DNA from: an archaeon
GTDB lineage: Archaea > B1Sed10-29 > JAJSAI01
Length of the DNA stretch: 41,625 nucleotides
Reading direction: 5' to 3'
Assembly: GCA_024274695.1 (NCBI GenBank)
Contig: JAJSAI010000028.1
Coordinates: forward strand, 1-41,625
Shown here: in pieces, positions 35,886 through 41,625 of the stretch
How the letters are laid out: each line of letters opens with the position of its first letter
How positions within the stretch are numbered: position 1 is the first letter of the stretch
Made by a program: the position numbers and the translations under genes
Notes under the pieces: model-generated
What the model was told of the DNA's origin: nothing
The model's input: only the letters and a program-made list of their open reading frames with translations
Database searches by the model: none

Positions 35886-36725
35886 ATGGCTTACTATTAC
35901 GAGGAGGATAGGGGCTGGAAAAGGGATGCTGAGGGAATAATCCCTGTAATAATCCTGTTGCTCATAGCAATAGTGATAATAGGGAAAACGACCCCAACAT
36001 TCTGCAGTGTCCCAGGAGTTAACCAGTTCCTGTGCACAAAACCGGGCCCCGTGAGAATAGGAGTCATAGGAACCCTGAGCGGAGGGGACACTGAAATAAC
36101 CGCTGACAAATTCAAGCAACTGCTGGACACTCAGGGAACACCCTACGAGATACACTATACTCAAATCCCTCTGGACGTGCTGAAGTACCCGAGAGAGAAA
36201 ATGCTCAGCAACTTTGACCTTGTGATAGTTGCTGGGGTCAAGAACCTTACTTACGCGCAGAGGGACGCGATAGGAGAGTACCTGAAGGCAGGAGGTAAAG
36301 TGATACTAATAGGGGACGCTGCCACGACAGACCCCAACGATCCCCTCATAATAGGATGGAGTTCTGCCAGTTTCGGGGACCAGGTTCCCGTGAGCCTTAA
36401 CCCCATGGCAGCACAGAACAAGGACATAACAAGAGAGATAACAGGGGCCAAGCTCGTGTTCATGAGCCCGCACACGATCCTGCACGACTACGCGGACCTG
36501 TACAAGCTCAACCTCTCGGAAGTAGCCTGCGACAATATTAAGGTAGTGAAGGTTGTTCCCAACGGTGAGGTCATAGCCTGGCTAGAAGGAGAGAACGGAC
36601 AGTCAGAGCCTGGAATAGTTGAGGGGAGCGGGCTGTTCGGAGGCAACGTGCTCTACTTCAACTACGATCCAGGATGCACGAGAGGAATAGCGTTCGCTGC
36701 AGTAAGGTACCTGGCAGGAAAGTAA
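35886..36725 (+). CDS. Membrane-anchored hypothetical protein, GATase-like fold (paralog C)
   Basis: N-terminal TM, FDLVIV, IGEYLKAGGKVILIGDAA, GNVLYFNYDP. Confidence 0.7.
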   Translation: MAYYYEEDRGWKRDAEGIIPVIILLLIAIVIIGKTTPTFCSVPGVNQFLCTKPGPVRIGVIGTLSGGDTEITADKFKQLLDTQGTPYEIHYTQIPLDVLKYPREKMLSNFDLVIVAGVKNLTYAQRDAIGEYLKAGGKVILIGDAATTDPNDPLIIGWSSASFGDQVPVSLNPMAAQNKDITREITGAKLVFMSPHTILHDYADLYKLNLSEVACDNIKVVKVVPNGEVIAWLEGENGQSEPGIVEGSGLFGGNVLYFNYDPGCTRGIAFAAVRYLAGK

Positions 36726-36745
36726 GAGGTTTTTGAAACCCTTTT

Positions 36746-38494
36746 TCAGTCTCCTTTTACTCTCTTCTGCATCTTGAACAATTGTTTTATTTCGTCCACA
36801 GTGGTGGCGTCTTCTGGTTTTTTGTCCCTGATCCCTGAGATTATCCTCGGGAAGCGCAGGGCGTACCCCCTCTTCTTTTTGGGATCCCATCCGCACGTGT
36901 GCAGGGGAGACTCTGTTATCTCGTCTGCCACCAGGGTGACAACGTACTTGGGCTCCACCCATGCGTCAGGCTCCAGCAGGGAGTCCACCCTGGCAGGCTT
37001 TCTGTCTACTCTTATGCTCTCCAGCAGTTCTCCGAATTCCTTCATCTGGTCCTCGGTGAACCCTGAGCCGACCTTCGCTATTGTTTTGAAGGAGTCCGTG
37101 CTGGGATCGTAGACTCCCGCGAGGATCGTGCCGAACTTGAACCTTGCCCTGTGGCCCTTCCCTTTAAAGTAGCCTAGGACGACCACGTCTATCGTGTCAC
37201 TAAGTTCCCCCTTGTAACTTCTCTTAAGCTTTACCCACGCGAACTTCCTCGCGCCCACAGTGTACGGGGCGTCAAGGTCCTTTGCTACGACCCCTTCAAG
37301 CCCTCTGGAGACGTAGTCGTCAAAAACCTGTTGCAGTTCTTCCGGGGTCTTGACCACCTTCATTTCAGAAACTTTTATCTTCTCCGAGTAAGAGTCCACG
37401 GCCTTTTCCAGTATCTTTCTCCTCTTCTTGTACGGCTCGTCTATCAGGTCCTTCCCGTTGTAGTGCATTATGTCAAAGGCGAACAGCCTCAAGGGAAACT
37501 CTTCAGCGTACTCTGTCACCCCGTACTTCCTTTTCCTCTGCACGGTCTTCTGGAAGGGATAGAATTCTCCCGTTTCCTCGTTGTACGAGAGCGCTTCCGA
37601 GTCGAAGACTATTGATTCTGCGGGAATCTTTTTGACCGCCTCGACAATGTCAGGGAACATGTGGGTCATGTTCTCCTGCCGCCGTGAGAACAGCCAAACT
37701 TTCCCGTCCTTCATGTGGCACTGTATCCTAACCCCATCGTACTTAGCCTCTGCAGCGCACTCCCCAAGTTTCTCTATTATTTCCTCCGCGCTGGAAAGCC
37801 TTTCGCACAAGGCAGGGCGTAACGGGGTTCCTGGAGTGATCCTCACCTGCTTCAAGGCGTCCAGCCCCTTCTCGTACAAGACGCTCGTGACAAAGCCTAT
37901 GTCAGAAGTGAGGTTGTACGCTCTCTCAAGGATCTCCCTGTTCCTCCTGTGCCCAGCGAACACTGCCGCGAGCGCGTCCAGGATAGTGGGGTCTCCCACG
38001 CCCAACCTCAGTTTGCCCAGGGGGATCCTGACAACGTACCTTGCCTCAACCGGGCTTGAGTTGTTCAACAGTTCGGTGAGGTGCCGGATTTTCAAGGCCT
38101 GGCTTTTCTCTCCAGAGGCCTCCGCAATTTTCTTGAACGCTGTGAAAACGTCTGACACGCTCAGGGACCTGGAAAAAAGGGATCTCTGCTTCTTTTCTGC
38201 CACGAGCTTTTCGGCGACCAGGCCAAGGTCCCCTGTCTCCAGGTACATTTTTTCTATTTTCTTGACAGGATAGCCCGTGGCCTTTGATATGGCCTGCTGC
38301 ACGAACTTTTCCCCAACACCTATATCAAGTCCCTTGAAAGGTGGTGCGACAACCCCTTGCAGAAGGTAGGCGATCATGCCCGCCTCGTTCTTGTCCGCTT
38401 TCCGGAAGAGTTCCGCGAGTATCTCTGTCATTTCTATCCTGCTGCTGGTTGACTCCAGTGCCTGAAAAACCAATGCAAGGTCCTTGAAAAGCAT
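36746..38494 (-). CDS. lig: ATP-dependent DNA ligase
   Basis: EAKYDG.R (adenylation Lys), FDIM, EGVVAK, WVKLK, LRFPR. Confidence 0.97.
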   Translation of the reverse strand: MLFKDLALVFQALESTSSRIEMTEILAELFRKADKNEAGMIAYLLQGVVAPPFKGLDIGVGEKFVQQAISKATGYPVKKIEKMYLETGDLGLVAEKLVAEKKQRSLFSRSLSVSDVFTAFKKIAEASGEKSQALKIRHLTELLNNSSPVEARYVVRIPLGKLRLGVGDPTILDALAAVFAGHRRNREILERAYNLTSDIGFVTSVLYEKGLDALKQVRITPGTPLRPALCERLSSAEEIIEKLGECAAEAKYDGVRIQCHMKDGKVWLFSRRQENMTHMFPDIVEAVKKIPAESIVFDSEALSYNEETGEFYPFQKTVQRKRKYGVTEYAEEFPLRLFAFDIMHYNGKDLIDEPYKKRRKILEKAVDSYSEKIKVSEMKVVKTPEELQQVFDDYVSRGLEGVVAKDLDAPYTVGARKFAWVKLKRSYKGELSDTIDVVVLGYFKGKGHRARFKFGTILAGVYDPSTDSFKTIAKVGSGFTEDQMKEFGELLESIRVDRKPARVDSLLEPDAWVEPKYVVTLVADEITESPLHTCGWDPKKKRGYALRFPRIISGIRDKKPEDATTVDEIKQLFKMQKRVKGD

Positions 38495-38538
38495 ACTGTT
38501 TTAAAACGGTTAGCTCGTATAAAAATTTAGGTGATGGG

Positions 38539-39501
38539 TTGAAGGAGTACTTGATTGTAGGAATCGACCCTGGAACCACGGTCGGGCTGGCCTTTGTTGA
38601 CCTGCGCGGGAACGTGATCAACGTTGAAAGCGGGAAGAACCTCTCGTTCTCGGAAATAATGTACGAGATACAGGATCACGGGGAACCGGTGATAGTGGCT
38701 ACTGACAAGGCCCAGCCTCCTGAGATGGTCAAGAGGATAGCGGGGCTCACGAACGCAAGACTCTACTCTCCTCCAGAGGACCTTTCCCACCAGGAGAAGC
38801 TGGAGCTCGTGAAAAAGTACTCGCTGAAGAACCAGCACGAGAAGGACGCCCTAGCAGCAGCCCTTAAGGCGTACAACGTGTACTCTGGAAAGATAAGAAG
38901 CATGCTCAAAAAACTGGACTTCAAGAAGGCCTGGCTCGGGCTCAGGGAAAATGAAGAAGAACAGGAAGAACAAAAGCAGGAGCCTGAAAAGGTGGTCATA
39001 GTCCAGAAGCAGGCTGACACCGAGAAAATAAACAAGCTAAAGTCAAGGATAAAGGTGCTGGAGAGCAAGGTTGAAAACCTGCAGAACATAGTAGACCAGC
39101 AGAGGAAAAGAATACGTAAACTGGAGAGCATGCCCAAAACAGCAGACCCTCTCCTGGAAAAGAAGCTTGAGGAAACAGAAGAGGATCTGGCCGCTGAAAA
39201 AAGGAGGGTCTCAGAACTCCTTAAAGCGATCAGGGAAGGGACTCTCGAGTCAGCCGAGATTTCTAGAACGAGGATAGTCAGGACAAAAGAACTGCTCAAA
39301 GGAAAAGTGCTGACCGAAGACAAAGAAGTCTTCGAGTACTATAAAAAGCACTCCAGAGCCTGCCAGCTGGTCAGAATAATCGCGCAAGACGATGAAAGGG
39401 TGTACTACACCGTGATTGAATCGTATGAACCAGCATCCCCTGACCTGCTTGAAAGGATAGTAAAAGAGTACAAGAGAAGAAGAGAAAGGGTTTTTAAGTA
39501 A
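38539..39501 (+). CDS. DUF460 (COG2433-like) RNase H-fold plus coiled-coil protein
   Basis: IVGIDPGTTVG, PVIVATD, HEKDALAAA, followed by a coiled coil. Confidence 0.85.
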   Translation: MKEYLIVGIDPGTTVGLAFVDLRGNVINVESGKNLSFSEIMYEIQDHGEPVIVATDKAQPPEMVKRIAGLTNARLYSPPEDLSHQEKLELVKKYSLKNQHEKDALAAALKAYNVYSGKIRSMLKKLDFKKAWLGLRENEEEQEEQKQEPEKVVIVQKQADTEKINKLKSRIKVLESKVENLQNIVDQQRKRIRKLESMPKTADPLLEKKLEETEEDLAAEKRRVSELLKAIREGTLESAEISRTRIVRTKELLKGKVLTEDKEVFEYYKKHSRACQLVRIIAQDDERVYYTVIESYEPASPDLLERIVKEYKRRRERVFK

Positions 39502-39547
39502 AAGATTCTAAGAATCCTTACCGAGAAAAATTCAAGGGTGATAGAGG

Positions 39548-39826
39548 ATGGCAGAAGAGGCAGACAACGTGATATACGTCGGAAAGAAAGGAGTCATGAG
39601 CTACGTCCTAGCAGTAGTGACCCAGTTCAACAAGGGCGCCAAGAGCGTCATAATAAAGGCAAGAGGGAAGTCCATCAGCAGGGCAGTGGACGTAGCAGAA
39701 ATAGTGAGGAACAAGTTCCTCAACGAAGTGAAAATAGAGAACATAGAAACGCACACAGAAGAGATAGACAACGAGGACGGGAGCAAGTCAAAGGTATCGG
39801 CCATAACAATAACCCTAACAAAATGA
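39548..39826 (+). CDS. albA: DNA/RNA-binding protein Alba
   Basis: IYVGKK.VMSYVLA and [17 protein letters not shown]. Confidence 0.95.
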   Translation: MAEEADNVIYVGKKGVMSYVLAVVTQFNKGAKSVIIKARGKSISRAVDVAEIVRNKFLNEVKIENIETHTEEIDNEDGSKSKVSAITITLTK

Positions 39827-39896
39827 ATGCCTCCCGCTTAACCTTCTTTTTTTAAACCTGAAACCCCTTTTTATCTCTGGATAGGGTGATCTGCGT

Positions 39897-40376
39897 ATGA
39901 GCATTCCTCTCCCCGAAGGCTATCTAGGGAAAGAATACAAAGAGAAGATAGAGAACGGCAGAGTAAGCGAGGAAGAAGAGAAGGTGCTGAAAGCGATCGC
40001 GGGAATAGCCGCGGAAACCGGCCTTGGGGACGTTATAATACAGGGGATGCTGAAGGCAGGAAGTGTCATGCTAATTCTCGTTGAAGGAGATCCAGGACGC
40101 CTCATAGGAAAAAACGGGAGGAACATCCGGAGGATAGAGAAAGAGTCAGGCGTCAAGATAAGGATAGTCAAGAAAACAGGTTTTGTTGAAGGAGTCGCCG
40201 ACCTGATATACCCTGCCAGAATACTGAGCATCAGCAGGGTCTTCCTGCCCGATGGAGAAAAAAGAAAGATAATAATTTCCAAAGAGGACATGAAGAGGCT
40301 TCCCTTGAAAAAGGAAGAAATCGAGGAGGCCGTCAAAACATTATACGGAAAAGAGATTGAGATCACCGTAGAATAA
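39897..40376 (+). CDS. KH-domain NusA-like protein (NusA2-type)
   Basis: GRLIGKNGRNIRRIEKE.G.KIRIV (KH GxxG) and LIYPARILSI..V.LPDG. Confidence 0.75.
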   Translation: MSIPLPEGYLGKEYKEKIENGRVSEEEEKVLKAIAGIAAETGLGDVIIQGMLKAGSVMLILVEGDPGRLIGKNGRNIRRIEKESGVKIRIVKKTGFVEGVADLIYPARILSISRVFLPDGEKRKIIISKEDMKRLPLKKEEIEEAVKTLYGKEIEITVE

Positions 40377-40386
40377 GGTGCCTAGG

Positions 40387-41625
40387 ATGGAAAGAGTAAC
40401 AAGCGCGCAGGTGACACCTGAAGCAGAAGGTAAGAAAGTGCTTCTAGCAGGATTCGTCCAGCACTACAGGGATCTTGGGGGACTGGCGTTCATAAAACTC
40501 AGGGATAGGCATGGGCTGGCCCAAGTGGTACTGAAAAAGGGAACAACACCAGAAGAAGAATTCAGGAAAATGGAGGACGTACCGCGAGAGAGCGTGATAA
40601 CAGTAACGGGCACTGTAAGAAAGAACGAAAAGTCATTGTCAGGAGCAGAGCTCGTGGCAGAGTCAATCACTGTGGTGAGCAAGGCAAAGACCCCTCTCGC
40701 GATAGAATTCATGGGAAAAGTGGAAACAGACCTGAGCAAAAGAATGGACTACCGGTGGCTGGACCTAAGAAATCCTAAAAACCTGCTCGTGTTCAAGGTT
40801 TCTAACACTGTTGAGCAGTCCTTCAGACAGTTCATGCTCGAGAGAGGGTTCCTTGAGATACACACTCCAAAGCTCATGGCAAACCCCAGCGAGAGTGGCG
40901 CAGAACTGTTCGAGGTGAAATACTTCAAAAAGAAAGCATACCTGGCCCAGTCGCCGCAGTTCTACAAGCAGATGGCCATATCCGCAGGGTTCGAGAAGGT
41001 CTTCGAGTTCGGCCAGGTCTACAGGGCCGAAGAGAGCAGGACGATAAAGCACACGACAGAGTTCCTGAGCTTTGACATGGAAAAAGCGTGGATAAACTCA
41101 GAAGAAGAACTAATGCAGATGGAAGAAGAGATTATAGTAAATGCCATAAAGGCAGTGAAAGAAGCTCACGGGGACGAGATAAAAGAACTTCTCGGGAAAG
41201 AAATCAGAGTGCCTAAGATACCCTTCCCGAAAATGGAGGTCAGAGAGGCTGTGGAAAAAGTAGCCCCCCACCTGCTCGAGGCAGACGAGTTCAGCGAGCT
41301 TGACTCTGAAGGAGAAAGAAAGCTCGGAGAATACGTCAAGCAAAAGCACGGACACGACTTCGTGTTCTTGACTCACTTCCCGTACGCGGTCAGGCCATTC
41401 TACCACATGAAGAGAGAAGAAGACCCTAACCTGACCAAGAGCTACGATCTCTTGTACAAGGGGATAGAGGTAACAACAGGAGCACAGAGAGAACACAGAC
41501 CTGACGTGCTAAGAAAACAAGCAAAGGAAAAGGGCTTGACTGAAAAGGGTCTTGGCAGGTACATTGAGTTCTTTGAGTATGGTTGCCCGCCTCACGGGGG
41601 GTGGGGTTTTGGAGTGGCCAGGTTC
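40387..41625 (+). CDS. aspS: Aspartyl-tRNA synthetase, archaeal type (3' end runs off the window)
   Basis: Manual translation gives RDLGGLAFIKLRD, RWLDLR, HTPKL, YLAQSPQFYKQ, YRAE, GAQREH, PPHGG.GFG..R. Confidence 0.95.
   Translation, partial: MERVTSAQVTPEAEGKKVLLAGFVQHYRDLGGLAFIKLRDRHGLAQVVLKKGTTPEEEFRKMEDVPRESVITVTGTVRKNEKSLSGAELVAESITVVSKAKTPLAIEFMGKVETDLSKRMDYRWLDLRNPKNLLVFKVSNTVEQSFRQFMLERGFLEIHTPKLMANPSESGAELFEVKYFKKKAYLAQSPQFYKQMAISAGFEKVFEFGQVYRAEESRTIKHTTEFLSFDMEKAWINSEEELMQMEEEIIVNAIKAVKEAHGDEIKELLGKEIRVPKIPFPKMEVREAVEKVAPHLLEADEFSELDSEGERKLGEYVKQKHGHDFVFLTHFPYAVRPFYHMKREEDPNLTKSYDLLYKGIEVTTGAQREHRPDVLRKQAKEKGLTEKGLGRYIEFFEYGCPPHGGWGFGVARF

Noticed and set aside
33570-36725. Tandem paralogs as pilins or archaellins
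   Set aside because: No clear class III signal peptide (basic-Gly cleavage site followed by +5 Glu), and the domain pattern is alpha/beta.
10755-39826. GNATs, sirtuin and Alba as a dedicated chromatin acetylation circuit
   Set aside because: The genes are unlinked across about 29 kb and the sirtuin lacks the deacylase His. Co-occurrence in one window is not evidence.

Overview
Gene-dense archaeal chromosomal window. Archaeal origin rests on Alba, Sec61beta, Dph5, EndA, NMD3, ATP-dependent ligase, archaeal TrpRS/AspRS and TATA boxes about 25 nt upstream of start codons. A DPANN-like lineage is my inference from gene content. All annotations come from reading motifs by eye, with no database search. 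Most of the window is housekeeping: translation, DNA repair, ADP-forming acetyl-CoA synthetase, polyamine genes and an ABC exporter. Five things stand out. (1) A divergent cluster of five single-domain KaiC/RAD55 ATPases (one lacking the Walker A lysine) with a roadblock-like protein and a V4R protein at 1-4506. (2) A COG1373-type AAA-wHTH-nuclease-like gene bracketed on both sides by tandem pairs of a 32-bp 13-6-13 palindrome at 25569-26921. (3) Three dispersed GNAT paralogs with polybasic leaders, two of which share a 62-bp identical tract. (4) An atypical sirtuin lacking the catalytic His. (5) Three tandem membrane-anchored GATase-like-fold paralogs at 33570-36725. Two genes appear frameshifted, and several small genes are missing from the ORF track. 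I saw no CRISPR array, tRNA/rRNA gene, transposase or integrase.
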